From Acetivibrionales bacterium (GTDB lineage: Bacteria; Bacillota; Clostridia; Acetivibrionales; DTU013): a stretch of 64,000 bases of DNA. Position numbers and translations under genes: made by a program. The notes beneath the pieces were generated by a model. That model saw only the letters and a list, made by a program, of their open reading frames with translations. It was not told where the DNA came from and searched no databases. Of this stretch, positions 10,097 to 20,541 are shown piece by piece; the stretch's first letter is position 1, and the number at the start of each line of letters is the position of its first letter. The DNA lies in assembly GCA_050952225.1 (NCBI GenBank), contig JBMNKL010000002.1:210484-274483 (forward strand), in the 5' to 3' direction.

Positions 10097-11134
10097 TTAT
10101 TCGTAAGGGTTTGGAAACGAATCGCCATACTTGATTTCGGTGCTGACAATTACTGTTTCGCAAGGCATATCCATGTTGTCGACGCGCCACAATAATTCCT
10201 GGGCGAGCCTGCAGCCCAAATCGTTCTTCCTGATTTCCACGGTCGTAAGAGTAGGTTCCATGAGCGAATACTCTTTTTTATTGTCAAACCCGCAAACCGC
10301 TATATCATCGGGTATGCTGCAGCCTTTCTTCCTGTAATAGTTTATTACATACATTGCAACATCGTCATTACAGCAGACGAAAGCTTCCGGCATGATTTCC
10401 AGCTTATCCAGGAGCATGCTGACTTCGCTATAATTGTAGTATCTTTCCGGCATATGCTGTACCAGGCATATTTCCTCAATCAAAGGAATGCCGTTATCTT
10501 TCATGGCCTGCACAAATCCCATGTACCTGTCATGTACTGTCCGGCAGTGCGTGATGTCGCCAATAAAACCGATCCTTCTCTTCCCGGCGTGTATCAACCC
10601 GCTTGTCAACTTGTACACGCTTGAGAAACCCTCGATGATGACGATGTCGCCTACCGGGGTTTCGGAGTATTTCTGCACGGGCTCGTCAAGAAAAACAATG
10701 GGCAGTTTTCTCTCCAACAATTTTTGCACGTATTCCCTCTTGAACACATCCAGTAAAATGATGCCCAAAACATCCGGATTCATGAGGTTGGCAGGAATTA
10801 CACAGTTCTCCTCGTCTTCATTGCTTATGAAATTATAAAGAACATTGTATTGCTCCTTGCCTATCCTGTCGAAGATGCCGAAGGCTATATCGTCCCAAAA
10901 GCTGGATATATCCCTGTGAGCGAATATTAAAACGCTTTTCTTATATTGCGTTTCGCCGGCATATTTTTCTCTCAGTGCCGGGTCAATTTTGTTGTAGCCC
11001 AAATCAATAGCCCTTTTAATTACTGCCCGCCGGGTTTCATAAGCCACGGAATCACTGTCGTTCAGCGCTTTTGAAACGGTATTCCTTGATAACTTCAGGT
11101 CCTCAGCAATTGTTTTTATGGATACTTTTCGCAT
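10097..11134 (-). CDS. LacI-family transcriptional regulator
   Basis: N-terminal HTH (SIKTIAEDLKLSRNTVSKALN); C-terminal AFVCCNDDVA, IPDDIAVCGFD, PTLTTV. Start chosen at MRKVS. Confidence 0.9.
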   Translation of the reverse strand: MRKVSIKTIAEDLKLSRNTVSKALNDSDSVAYETRRAVIKRAIDLGYNKIDPALREKYAGETQYKKSVLIFAHRDISSFWDDIAFGIFDRIGKEQYNVLYNFISNEDEENCVIPANLMNPDVLGIILLDVFKREYVQKLLERKLPIVFLDEPVQKYSETPVGDIVIIEGFSSVYKLTSGLIHAGKRRIGFIGDITHCRTVHDRYMGFVQAMKDNGIPLIEEICLVQHMPERYYNYSEVSMLLDKLEIMPEAFVCCNDDVAMYVINYYRKKGCSIPDDIAVCGFDNKKEYSLMEPTLTTVEIRKNDLGCRLAQELLWRVDNMDMPCETVIVSTEIKYGDSFPNPYE

Positions 11135-11382
11135 ACTCTTCATCTCCAAACGTAAAATAATCGCCATAAATACAGCATGCGTTTTGCGGCCGGATCATGC
11201 CTGAAACTTATGTATTCCCAGGTATTGCCGGGTTATCATTTATTAATCATACTTAAATATAATATCATGCTTTTAAAAACTTTTTAACAGGAAACTTGCG
11301 AAATATCCGTCAGCTGGTATGGAACTTTCATTGCAAAAACACGTTAACAAAAATGGAGCTCCCGCAAATAACCCGGTATTCC

Positions 11383-11415
11383 GGGCTTCCGGGATGATGG
11401 CTTCCCCGGAAGCCC
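11383..11415 (-). terminator. Stem-loop downstream of the sugar-binding protein gene
   Basis: gggcttccggg...cccggaagccc inverted repeat. Confidence 0.5.
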
Positions 11416-11440
11416 GTATTTATCATTTGTTTCAGTTTTT

Positions 11441-12913
11441 TCACTCCTTCTTGATCAACGCATCGATAGCGTCCTGGGCAACCTGCTTGTAAGCTTCCAC
11501 CGCCTGCGCCACTGTCTTTTCGCCACTGAGAACATTGCCGATAATGTCTCCCATGGGGAAATCGGGAACAAACTCGAATAATTCGAGTTTTCCATAATTG
11601 TTGGAAATCTCTATCGACAAATCCACGTCCTCCTGCGTGAGCCAGAAGCCCTGCAGCCATTCCATGGTGCTGTCATCCCTTATCGACGGATCGTCTCCGA
11701 AGAACCACAGGAGTTCCTCCATGACCTGGTATACTATCTTTGGATCCTTTACTCCCTTTGGAATTGAGAAACCGTCATAGGAAGCGGCGTATGCCTTATC
11801 CGTCGAACCGCCCGGTCCCACGGGGAAAGGCACCAGGCTGTACTTGAACGGGAACGTGGTCTTTGCCTCCGCCAGCATCCAGTCTTGAACGGGCCAGAAC
11901 ATGATGTTTCCTTCCTTGTATGCGTTGAAGTTGGCGTCGTAATTCCATATGTCGCCCTCGGCGTTGTAAACGACCTTATGCTCGTTATACAGCTTGTTGA
12001 TGAACTCCAGCGCCTCCATGGTCTTCGAATCTTCAAGCCCGTGTTTGTCGGTAACGCCGTCAAAGATATATCCGCCGTTGGTTACGACGAAATTGCTGAC
12101 CGCGTAATTGATAAACCCGGCATACCCGTAGCTGTCTATCTTGCCGTCGCCGTCATTGTCTTTTGTAGCGGCTTTTGCATATTCAACGAATTTATCCCAG
12201 TTCCAGTTGGCTTTATTTGCCTTGTAAAGCGCCTGCGGATCTTCGAGCCCGAGATTTTCAACCATTGTCTTGTTATACCCCATGAATTTGCCGGAGTCGC
12301 CAAGCTTTACGGTCTGCACCAGGTACTTGTCGCCAAGTATGTCGTCGATGGGAACGACTACTTTTTGATCCGTGTTTACATCGGAATTCGGCGATGTAAC
12401 TTCGCTCAACGGCAGCAGGTGTCCGTTCGCTATTGCAGGGAAAGAGAAGTTCATCGGCAGGAACGCAACGTCCGTATACGGATCACCGGCTGATACGGAA
12501 GTCGTAAGCTGGGGTAACAGCTCTTCCCATGGGACGATAATCATCTCAATCTTGCATTTGTATTTTTGTTCCACTCTCTTCAGGTTTTCGTACTTGGCTA
12601 TGGTTTCTCCCAGTTCCTTGGTCGGGTCCGGTTTTTCCATGCTGCTGTCCGGTACAACTTCCCAGTTTGCCGAAAACCTGATTGTCCTTCCTCCCAGGTC
12701 AAAGGCTTCAAACTTGTCCCTAGGATCGGAGAGTGTTTCTTCTCCAGTCGTCTCTCCCGGTTCAGTCCCGGCCGTATCATCGGCCGCATTTTCCGGAACA
12801 TCCGCTGCGGCGTCCGAAGGGTCGCCTCCTCCGGTCTTCTGTCCGCAGCCCGTAAATGTCAGGGCAAAGATGAGCGCGAGCAATAATGCGAATGCTCTGA
12901 ACTTGATTTTCAT
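11441..12913 (-). CDS. Carbohydrate ABC transporter substrate-binding lipoprotein
   Basis: Signal peptide with FTGC lipobox, acidic linker, WNWDKFVEYAKAATKDNDGDGKIDSYG motif typical of family 1 binding proteins. Start at MKIKF after an RBS. Confidence 0.88.
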   Translation of the reverse strand: MKIKFRAFALLLALIFALTFTGCGQKTGGGDPSDAAADVPENAADDTAGTEPGETTGEETLSDPRDKFEAFDLGGRTIRFSANWEVVPDSSMEKPDPTKELGETIAKYENLKRVEQKYKCKIEMIIVPWEELLPQLTTSVSAGDPYTDVAFLPMNFSFPAIANGHLLPLSEVTSPNSDVNTDQKVVVPIDDILGDKYLVQTVKLGDSGKFMGYNKTMVENLGLEDPQALYKANKANWNWDKFVEYAKAATKDNDGDGKIDSYGYAGFINYAVSNFVVTNGGYIFDGVTDKHGLEDSKTMEALEFINKLYNEHKVVYNAEGDIWNYDANFNAYKEGNIMFWPVQDWMLAEAKTTFPFKYSLVPFPVGPGGSTDKAYAASYDGFSIPKGVKDPKIVYQVMEELLWFFGDDPSIRDDSTMEWLQGFWLTQEDVDLSIEISNNYGKLELFEFVPDFPMGDIIGNVLSGEKTVAQAVEAYKQVAQDAIDALIKKE

Positions 12914-13045
12914 TGCAAAATCCCCCTTTTTTAGGTTTAATATTATACACGGGCTGCCCATAAGGAATAATGCGCATCCCGGGTAATACAGCGTCACAAT
13001 GCCTTCTTAGCCGCGTATGCCTTGCGGCACGCAAGCTTGCTTTTT

Positions 13046-13996
13046 TCACCCGACAAGCCCGCTCCGTTCGACTCCTTCTACAAAGTATTTCTGTAGCAAC
13101 AGGTAGATAATTACCAGCGGAGCGATGGTAAACAGTACTCCTGCGTCAACCACCAGGTTGACATGTGTCGGATCGTATATCTTGTCTACAGTGCCGAGCG
13201 CTGCCGCAATTGTCGTTACCCTTAACGACACCAGGCTGGAATTGGGCATGAACAGGCTGGCGAAAAATGTGTCGTTATACTGCCAGACCATTGAGAACAG
13301 GAGCACTGTCACGATAGACGGCTTCGCATTGGGCATCATTATGGTAAAATATGTCCTCAGCACGCCCGCGCCGTCAATAAGCGCCGCCTCTTCTATCTCT
13401 TTCGGGAGGCCCCTGTAAAATTGCCTGAATATGTATATGAAAAGGCCTGAACGCAAGCCTACGCCGCCGGCTGTCAGCAGGAACATCGGCAAATTGGTGT
13501 TAATAATGCTTACTCCTTTTTCACCGGTCAACAGGCCAATCAGCCCGAACACGTCAAAATACCTGAATTGCGTATATAGCGGCACCATGATGGTGTGTAC
13601 CGGAACTACTATGGTAAGGATAACGCCGGCAAACAGCACATTCCTTCCGTAAAAATCAAACCGGGCGAAACCGTAGCCGACCAGCGAGCAGATGAAAGTC
13701 TGAAGAACCATTGTTACCAGGACATAACGGATTGTGTACAGCATCGTGTTGAAGTAGTCCATCTTCTCAAATGCCATTTTGATATTATCCAGCGTAGGAT
13801 GGATGGGCACCAGGTATACAAGCGGATTATAGGCATCCTCTACGCTGGTGAACGTGTTGCTGATGATTTTAATCACCGGGCTTATGATAATATAGGACAA
13901 TCCGACTATAATCACCCATTTGAACAGGAATATAAAGGCGTCCAGGAGCCTTTTCCTCATTTTATATGTTTTTTTATACAGCGCCGTTTTCACCAT
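13046..13996 (-). CDS. Carbohydrate ABC transporter permease (MalG-like)
   Basis: EAA loop LPKEIEEAALIDGAG; C-terminal QKYFVEGV. Confidence 0.9.
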   Translation of the reverse strand: MVKTALYKKTYKMRKRLLDAFIFLFKWVIIVGLSYIIISPVIKIISNTFTSVEDAYNPLVYLVPIHPTLDNIKMAFEKMDYFNTMLYTIRYVLVTMVLQTFICSLVGYGFARFDFYGRNVLFAGVILTIVVPVHTIMVPLYTQFRYFDVFGLIGLLTGEKGVSIINTNLPMFLLTAGGVGLRSGLFIYIFRQFYRGLPKEIEEAALIDGAGVLRTYFTIMMPNAKPSIVTVLLFSMVWQYNDTFFASLFMPNSSLVSLRVTTIAAALGTVDKIYDPTHVNLVVDAGVLFTIAPLVIIYLLLQKYFVEGVERSGLVG

Positions 13997-14017
13997 GATT
14001 ACCTCCTCCCGGCACGC

Positions 14018-14920
14018 TCAGTTTTGATAAAATGTCCGCTTTGAGATGATGTATCCGACAACAAGTAAAATAATACAAACACTGGCAGAACTTAACACCG
14101 ACATGGCAGAGCTCAGACCTAAATTCGACGATGTAAATGCCGTTGTATACGCAGTATCAACCACTTCGCTCACGATGAACGAGTCTATTATCGTGTAAAT
14201 AACATTTGTCAGTATAAGCGGGCTGACCATGGGAAAAGTGATTTTCCAGAAAGTCTCGTAAGAATTTGCCCCCTCTATTTTTGCCATTTCATAAATAGAC
14301 ACAGGGATAGATTGAAGGGCTGCCAGGAATATTAATATCTGGACGCCGGAAGCCCTTACAATCTCGTATACACGGTTAACCGCGCCTTCAACATAATCCA
14401 GCAGCGCAGCAGGAAATCCCAGCCTTATGAAAGTATTCATCAGGTGCCTTGCGCTAAAACCGGCATCATCCCTTATTTCAGGCGGTATCGAGGAAACACC
14501 GCCGATAATGACATTCAGCGCCGATTCGAGTGCTTCGGTGATAGCGCTGGAAAGCAGGATCACCGGAAGGAAAAAGATTGCCCTCACCACGATCCTGCCC
14601 CTGAATTTCTGGTTCAGGATAATGGCGACAAAAAGGCTGAAAAACACTATAAGCGTCACATCTATAAGTGTATTGCCGATCGATTCGGCCAGTATCCTGT
14701 TGAATGAAGCATGCTCCTTCAACGCGTACCTGAAGTTTTCCAGTCCAATGAAGTCAAGCCTTATACCGCCTTCCGGCAATGGCACCACGTTGCAAAGGCT
14801 GTAATAAAATGCGTTTGCAAGATTGACCAGGAAGAAAAAGCAAAAACCGATCAACCATGGAGATATAAATGCATACCCATAAAGCATTCTCTTATGTTTC
14901 AGGCTTATACCGCGTTTCAA
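14018..14920 (-). CDS. Carbohydrate ABC transporter permease (MalF-like)
   Basis: GYAFISPWLIGF; LAALQSIPVSIYEMAKIEGAN EAA loop. Confidence 0.9.
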   Translation of the reverse strand: MKRGISLKHKRMLYGYAFISPWLIGFCFFFLVNLANAFYYSLCNVVPLPEGGIRLDFIGLENFRYALKEHASFNRILAESIGNTLIDVTLIVFFSLFVAIILNQKFRGRIVVRAIFFLPVILLSSAITEALESALNVIIGGVSSIPPEIRDDAGFSARHLMNTFIRLGFPAALLDYVEGAVNRVYEIVRASGVQILIFLAALQSIPVSIYEMAKIEGANSYETFWKITFPMVSPLILTNVIYTIIDSFIVSEVVDTAYTTAFTSSNLGLSSAMSVLSSASVCIILLVVGYIISKRTFYQN

Positions 14921-17508
14921 AAAGCACCGCCTCCCTTTACCGCATATCCGCCGGCTTCTACAACAACACCGTTGATTTCCGCCGCTTCGTCGTTATAATT
15001 TACAATTAACGATGTGCCGTCTTCGTATTTCATCTCACAGACACCCGGCTTGTGCTTTACATGTTCAGCCATTCTCAGTTTCCTGAGGCCGGCCAGCACG
15101 TCCGCCGTATCGTTGTAGATTCTTGCAGCCTCATCGATCCAGGTCTTGTAATGGGTTGAATACATGAATTCAAGCGAAGTGTTCTTTAGCTTCGAGGTAT
15201 CCTTGTATGTCAGCACGAAACGCGGGGCAAACCCGTACTCAAGCATCTTCAGCTTCATTGTCTCAATATCGTACCCGCTGTCCAGGTTGAAAGGCGCTCC
15301 CGTATAATCGATAAAGCCGTGTATGACCATCTGGTAGAAAGGTATTTCTTCGTCCGTGATATAGAAATTATTGGACGATACGGGCACATCGACCAGTTCA
15401 TCCGCCCAGGCAAGGGAATACACGTTGCCGCCGGATATCATCATATCTCCCGCGACTTCGTTAATCCGGCTTATCTGGCTGATGCAGATGTTTTTTGCAA
15501 ATTCCCTGTCAACCGGCCTCCTTCGTTTCTTGTCCGACGCCAGGATGTCGCCCAGGTCTCTTAACGAAACGGAGTCCAGCCCGGTCCTTGCAAAAGACGC
15601 CGTAAACCTGTCAATCACCCGGGGCAATGCAGCCGGCGACTGAATGTGATAAACCGCTTCCCTGAACCTGGTATTCATCCTCAATGTGGCGCGGTTGTAT
15701 GGCGCCAGTGTAACGGTCAGGCCGGAAATATACCTGGACGCCTCAAATATGGGCATGAAGCTGCTGCTGGTATAACTCACCTTCTGGAACGCCACGTCGG
15801 GATATAATGCGCCTCCTGAATTCTTAAGCCGTTCATCCAGTGAAAGAAGGTCGCTTTTTCCTCCCAGCGTGCCTTCAATATGCACCTTTTTGGCAACATC
15901 ATGGTAATACCCGTCGTTAAACCAGCCTAAAAACCGCATCCGTATGTTCCCGACACCCCTGGCTTCCAATTCGTCCATAATCAGGCCCGCTTCCTTGAAA
16001 GTCGTCATTGCATATGTTGTCCTGTATGGTATGCCCATGAAAGCAACCCTTTTTTGGACGCCCCCGAGTATATCCAGGTAGAACGGCGCTCTCCTGTCGT
16101 CTGAAATCTTCCTGAGGATATTTTTCCTGGCCAGGTAGTCCTGGTAAAAACGCGCCATCCCGGAATAATTTGCATCCTCTCCGCCAAGGAAGGTATACCT
16201 CACCGAGATGTTGCCGTCATACATCTTGTTGTCAACAACGGGCAAATCCGCTTCCGAGCCTGTCACTCCGAACATCGAAAGCAGTTCGTCATCCCTCAGC
16301 GTAAAGTAACTATAGACGTAGTTGTAGGAATTCACCCTGCCGCTTATATCTGCCCTGACGGACGCGAGCGCATCACCGTCCTCGATGATGGCAAACCACG
16401 CATTCCGGTTTTTCTTCATACCGAACACCGGCATCCGGACAGGCTCAATGATTTGCGTCTGGTAGTAGCTTACAACTACGGGATCGAGCGCGTAGACCTG
16501 CTGAACATAAGGATCGCTGGAAATTTTCCCGTTATTAAGATTTATCAATGCCCCTGAGCCGGACGGGACAACCATGTATCCCTCGTCTTCCGTGCCCGCC
16601 GCGCCGAAATATCTCAAAAGCTCCAATACCGCCAGTTTTCCTGACTGGTTTTCCTCAATCCTGCCGGCCGGCACCGTAACAACCAAATCACCGCCGTCCA
16701 GGACATAATCAACCGTAATGGTGAAACTTGGCCTTTCCTCTCCTCCCGAGCCGCCTCCGCTCATTTCGTTGTCATAAGCCAGGTCCTCTTCCGTGTAGCC
16801 GGCCTTTTCAAACACCTCCATTAACTGGCCGAGGATTATCCTGGATTTTACGGCATTTTGCCTAAGTTCTAAAAAACCTTGTTTTTCAGGAGATTCAACG
16901 TATTGTTTCCTGACAAGCTTGGCAGACTCCGCGTCCAGTTTGCCCAGCAGCTTTTCCTGAAAGCGTTCCGGCGTAATGAACCTGGGCAGTCTATCCGCGT
17001 CCGTTTTCAGTTCTCCCATCGTATATGTCACGCGCACCCCGTTTTTTATACTGCTGATTACGAACTGCCCTTTTGCCACGCTGTCCGCGTAACTGTTCAT
17101 AATGTTTTCTTTCCTGTGCTTGTCGAAATACTTTATAATTATTTGCGATGAAAGCATATCCTTGTTGGCCTGGTTTGCAACATCATCCTGCATCCTGTCC
17201 TTCGGATTTGAAAAATACACCGCCCCGCTTTTTTTATCAACAACCGCTATCTCCGCCGTGTTTTCATCAATATACAATGCAAGGCTGTCGTTTTCCGCCG
17301 CCGGCGTCATGCCCGGTGCTTTATCCGAAGCTTTTCCAACCGGTTTGAATTCTTCCCCTTCTGCGTAAGCGAATACTTTTTTCATCGGGGTCAAATCAAC
17401 CCTTTTCGCATACCCGAAATAAATGTGCGCTGCAATGCACGCGACAATTATCATGACGGCGCAGGCAATGTACCATTTCAGTTTTTTCAATTCCGGAACT
17501 TTCAACAC
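14917..17508 (-). CDS. Membrane-anchored extracellular protein, DUF5696-like
   Basis: N-terminal TM helix; FGAAG..EGYMVVPSGSGALI, MPVFG, TTFKEA..I and IPFYQMVIHG motifs; context next to YIP1/NHL genes. Confidence 0.75.
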   Translation of the reverse strand: MLKVPELKKLKWYIACAVMIIVACIAAHIYFGYAKRVDLTPMKKVFAYAEGEEFKPVGKASDKAPGMTPAAENDSLALYIDENTAEIAVVDKKSGAVYFSNPKDRMQDDVANQANKDMLSSQIIIKYFDKHRKENIMNSYADSVAKGQFVISSIKNGVRVTYTMGELKTDADRLPRFITPERFQEKLLGKLDAESAKLVRKQYVESPEKQGFLELRQNAVKSRIILGQLMEVFEKAGYTEEDLAYDNEMSGGGSGGEERPSFTITVDYVLDGGDLVVTVPAGRIEENQSGKLAVLELLRYFGAAGTEDEGYMVVPSGSGALINLNNGKISSDPYVQQVYALDPVVVSYYQTQIIEPVRMPVFGMKKNRNAWFAIIEDGDALASVRADISGRVNSYNYVYSYFTLRDDELLSMFGVTGSEADLPVVDNKMYDGNISVRYTFLGGEDANYSGMARFYQDYLARKNILRKISDDRRAPFYLDILGGVQKRVAFMGIPYRTTYAMTTFKEAGLIMDELEARGVGNIRMRFLGWFNDGYYHDVAKKVHIEGTLGGKSDLLSLDERLKNSGGALYPDVAFQKVSYTSSSFMPIFEASRYISGLTVTLAPYNRATLRMNTRFREAVYHIQSPAALPRVIDRFTASFARTGLDSVSLRDLGDILASDKKRRRPVDREFAKNICISQISRINEVAGDMMISGGNVYSLAWADELVDVPVSSNNFYITDEEIPFYQMVIHGFIDYTGAPFNLDSGYDIETMKLKMLEYGFAPRFVLTYKDTSKLKNTSLEFMYSTHYKTWIDEAARIYNDTADVLAGLRKLRMAEHVKHKPGVCEMKYEDGTSLIVNYNDEAAEINGVVVEAGGYAVKGGGAF

Positions 17509-17518
17509 TCCGTCCTCC

Positions 17519-18136
17519 TTACGCCCTGAAAATCAATTCGGTATAAATACTGACAAAAAGCATTATGACCTGCTGGATAAGCGTTATTACCAAAAGCGTG
17601 AGAAATATAATGACCAGCATCGCCGCAAATGTCAGGAAAATAGTCGCGACCGTTTTGGTTACCGTGTAATCGTGTACCGACATTGTGCCCATAAACAATA
17701 GAGCGGCAAACCAGGCAATCGCTATCCAGATGATAATGAAGTAAAACGCTTCTTCATTTTCAACCACCAGGTTGCCTATAATTGTCGCGGGTATCAATGC
17801 GATAATAAGCGGTGTCAGCGAGTAAGAAACAACCATTGCAATTTCGCGGAATTTTCCTTCGCCGTCCGTGAGTGTCGTCACGGCCCAGTTCCCGCCGCAC
17901 CACAGCAGGTAAAGCAATACTATGCCCGCAAGGTCGATAAGCGAATTTAACGAAAGCGGGTCAACGTCATTTACGACAAAACCTGCATATTGCTTATTGA
18001 TCGAATAAAAGGCCCAGAACAGGATCGGGTTGAGAACCGTAAGCAGGTATGAACCTTTCCGCTCATGCTTTAACGAATAAAAGCCTGCTGCCGGGTGCAC
18101 CATTATATAAAGCGAATGTTTTATTTTCTCACGCAT
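17519..18136 (-). CDS. YIP1-family membrane protein
   Basis: About five TM segments; HP..GFY.LK.E and NWAVTTLTDGEGKF motifs; start overlaps the upstream stop (ATGCGTGA). Confidence 0.75.
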   Translation of the reverse strand: MREKIKHSLYIMVHPAAGFYSLKHERKGSYLLTVLNPILFWAFYSINKQYAGFVVNDVDPLSLNSLIDLAGIVLLYLLWCGGNWAVTTLTDGEGKFREIAMVVSYSLTPLIIALIPATIIGNLVVENEEAFYFIIIWIAIAWFAALLFMGTMSVHDYTVTKTVATIFLTFAAMLVIIFLTLLVITLIQQVIMLFVSIYTELIFRA

Positions 18137-19586
18137 CGCGATACTTCTTCCCCCTTGCCCTGAGCTTCCTGACCGTCCTGTAAACGACATACATCAATAC
18201 AAGAATCGTCACTGCCGTCAGGATAAATGCCATGTTGGCTTTCATCACTTCATTCCTGTAGCGTTTGTACGCTATGGAATAAAACCTTTGGTTCATGCCG
18301 AGCCTGAAATATTCCATGGCTTCCCTGTTCATTTTTCTTGCCAGGTATGATTTGCCTATGCCCACATAAGCCAGCTCAAAATTTGCATCAAGCTTCAGAA
18401 CCTCTTCCCAGCAGCGGACCGCTTCCTCATCCTTCCCGTCATACCGCATCCCAACCGCGGTATTTATCAATTCGCCGTACTTTGTTGCCCGAAATGGCAG
18501 GATCAGGCCTCTCTCCTGGTCAAGAACAAGGATGCGGCCGTCCAGCTCTTCTATGGCTGCAGGCCTTTTGAATGTTCCCGCCTGAGTACCCAGTGAGCCA
18601 AAAATATAAAGCAGGTTTCCTTCATAGTCATAAGTGAACACCTTGCCTCTTCGCGAATCCACGGCCGAATAAATTCCCTTGTCGCGTACCACAATGTCCT
18701 GGAACTGGGACGGTCCGCCGTACCTCATTTCCACGGGCAGGTAATAGATGTCGCCGCTGACGCTTTTTTTCGGCTGTTTCTTCAGGACATCCTCACCTTT
18801 CGGGTTTACCCTTTTAATAGGCTCCTTCCTCGTCATGTCGATATTTGTCGTGTAAATAAACCCGTCGTCATCCAGGTCCAGCCCCGTAAACTCGGTAGGC
18901 ACAAACAACTCCTGCCTCTTTCTCTGTGATTTCGTTGAGAGGGCGCGCCACAAAAGGTCGGCAAGAGAGACCGAAACCTTTATTGTTCCGGTGAACCCAT
19001 AAAAACGGCCGTCCTCGTCAAAACTGAGAATGCCCTGGAAAACGTTCCTGCAAATAACGAAGACGCGGTCGGCATAATCCACGCCGACTCTTAGCGGCAC
19101 AAAATCAAAATCCTCTTTCAGGATGTCGGATTGAGGCTTTTCAATAACCTGGTAAACCTTGGAACTTGGATCAAGAATGACTACCCGCCTGTTTTCCGAG
19201 TCTGCTATGTATAGCCTTCCTTTTTTGTTTACATAAATACCGGCAGGTTTGTTGAAACGGTCTTCACCGCCATTGTTTTCAAAAGTATCAATGATACGGT
19301 ATACGCTCCAGTCGTTATTAAATATCACTATCCTGTTGTTGCCCGTATCCGAGACATATATCTTCCCGTCGTCCGATACGCAGAAATCCGACGGCTCAAT
19401 AAAGTTGCCCACGCCGAGGTCCGCCCCTGAGATGATGCCGTCCGAAACATACGCGGCGGGCGAAGGCACAACGTACTCAAAATAATCATAATTGTAGCTC
19501 TCATACGGCACCGCGGCATAAGAAGAAACCGGAAATAAAAGTGTAAGAATCACTATTAAAACCATGCAGCGGCATTTCATTCTCAA
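18129..19586 (-). CDS. NHL-repeat beta-propeller protein with TPR-like helices and a C-terminal TM anchor
   Basis: Signal peptide; IYVSDTGNNRIV, FNKPAGIYV..LYIADSENRRV, FGSLGTQAGTFKRP repeats; WEEVLKLDANFELAYVGIGK. Confidence 0.82.
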   Translation of the reverse strand: MRMKCRCMVLIVILTLLFPVSSYAAVPYESYNYDYFEYVVPSPAAYVSDGIISGADLGVGNFIEPSDFCVSDDGKIYVSDTGNNRIVIFNNDWSVYRIIDTFENNGGEDRFNKPAGIYVNKKGRLYIADSENRRVVILDPSSKVYQVIEKPQSDILKEDFDFVPLRVGVDYADRVFVICRNVFQGILSFDEDGRFYGFTGTIKVSVSLADLLWRALSTKSQRKRQELFVPTEFTGLDLDDDGFIYTTNIDMTRKEPIKRVNPKGEDVLKKQPKKSVSGDIYYLPVEMRYGGPSQFQDIVVRDKGIYSAVDSRRGKVFTYDYEGNLLYIFGSLGTQAGTFKRPAAIEELDGRILVLDQERGLILPFRATKYGELINTAVGMRYDGKDEEAVRCWEEVLKLDANFELAYVGIGKSYLARKMNREAMEYFRLGMNQRFYSIAYKRYRNEVMKANMAFILTAVTILVLMYVVYRTVRKLRARGKKYRDA

Positions 19587-19670
19587 GCTGCTTTTCCTCC
19601 CTTACATTGTTACATCGTTATAATTTGCATCTTCAGCTTTTATGCCTGAACGCCTCAGCGTTTTGATCTT

Positions 19671-20540
19671 TTACTCCTTTATGCCCGATGTGGACAATGT
19701 TTCGATAATATTGCCCTGGGCAATTATAAAAAATATCACCGGCACGCTCATCAGGATCAATCCGACCGCGCTGCCCGCGCCCGCCCTGGCGACGCCTCCC
19801 TGCACGATCTGGTTCAGCGCGTAGTTCAGCGGCTTGAGCTGCTCGCTTCTTAAAAAATTACTCCCGGTATTGCCCCATAGAAACTGGAACATAAGTATTG
19901 TCAATGTCAGCCAGGCAGGCTTTACATTCGGCATGACGACCGACCAGAATATCTTGTACTCGCTGGCCCCGTCCAGCCTTGCCGATTCGATCAGCGACAC
20001 CGGTATCTGCTCCATGAACTGCTTCATAAGGTATAAGCCCAGCGAGCTGGCAAATGCCGGCAGTATGACCGCAAGATAAGTGTTGTTGATGCCAAGCCAT
20101 GAAATAATCATGTAATTCGGTATTGCCGTAACATTGTATGAAAACATCAACGACAGGACAACAATCGAGAACAACACCTTTTTCCCTGGAAGGTCATGCT
20201 TTGCGAGCGGATAAGCAGCCGCAGACGCGATTATGACGTGCCCCACCGTTCCGACTGCAGTAATCAGCACAGTGTTAAAAACATACCTGCTGAAAGGCAC
20301 CCACGAATTTGACATAAGAACGAACAGGTCATGAAAATTATCCATCGTGGGATTGCGGACAAATATTCTCGGAGGGAACATGTAAAGCTCATGCAGCGGC
20401 TTAAATGCGTTATTGATGACGTAGACAAGCGGCATTGCCATAAATGCACCTGCCAGCGCAATAAACATAAATAGCGCAATATTTCCTGCAACGGAGCGGT
20501 TCAGCTTTTTTGCCTGTTTGACGACCAGGATGCGGCGCAA
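19671..20540 (-). CDS. Carbohydrate ABC transporter permease (MalG-like)
   Basis: KQFMEQIPVSLIESARLDGAS EAA loop. Confidence 0.9.
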   Translation of the reverse strand: MRRILVVKQAKKLNRSVAGNIALFMFIALAGAFMAMPLVYVINNAFKPLHELYMFPPRIFVRNPTMDNFHDLFVLMSNSWVPFSRYVFNTVLITAVGTVGHVIIASAAAYPLAKHDLPGKKVLFSIVVLSLMFSYNVTAIPNYMIISWLGINNTYLAVILPAFASSLGLYLMKQFMEQIPVSLIESARLDGASEYKIFWSVVMPNVKPAWLTLTILMFQFLWGNTGSNFLRSEQLKPLNYALNQIVQGGVARAGAGSAVGLILMSVPVIFFIIAQGNIIETLSTSGIKE

Positions 20541-20541
20541 A

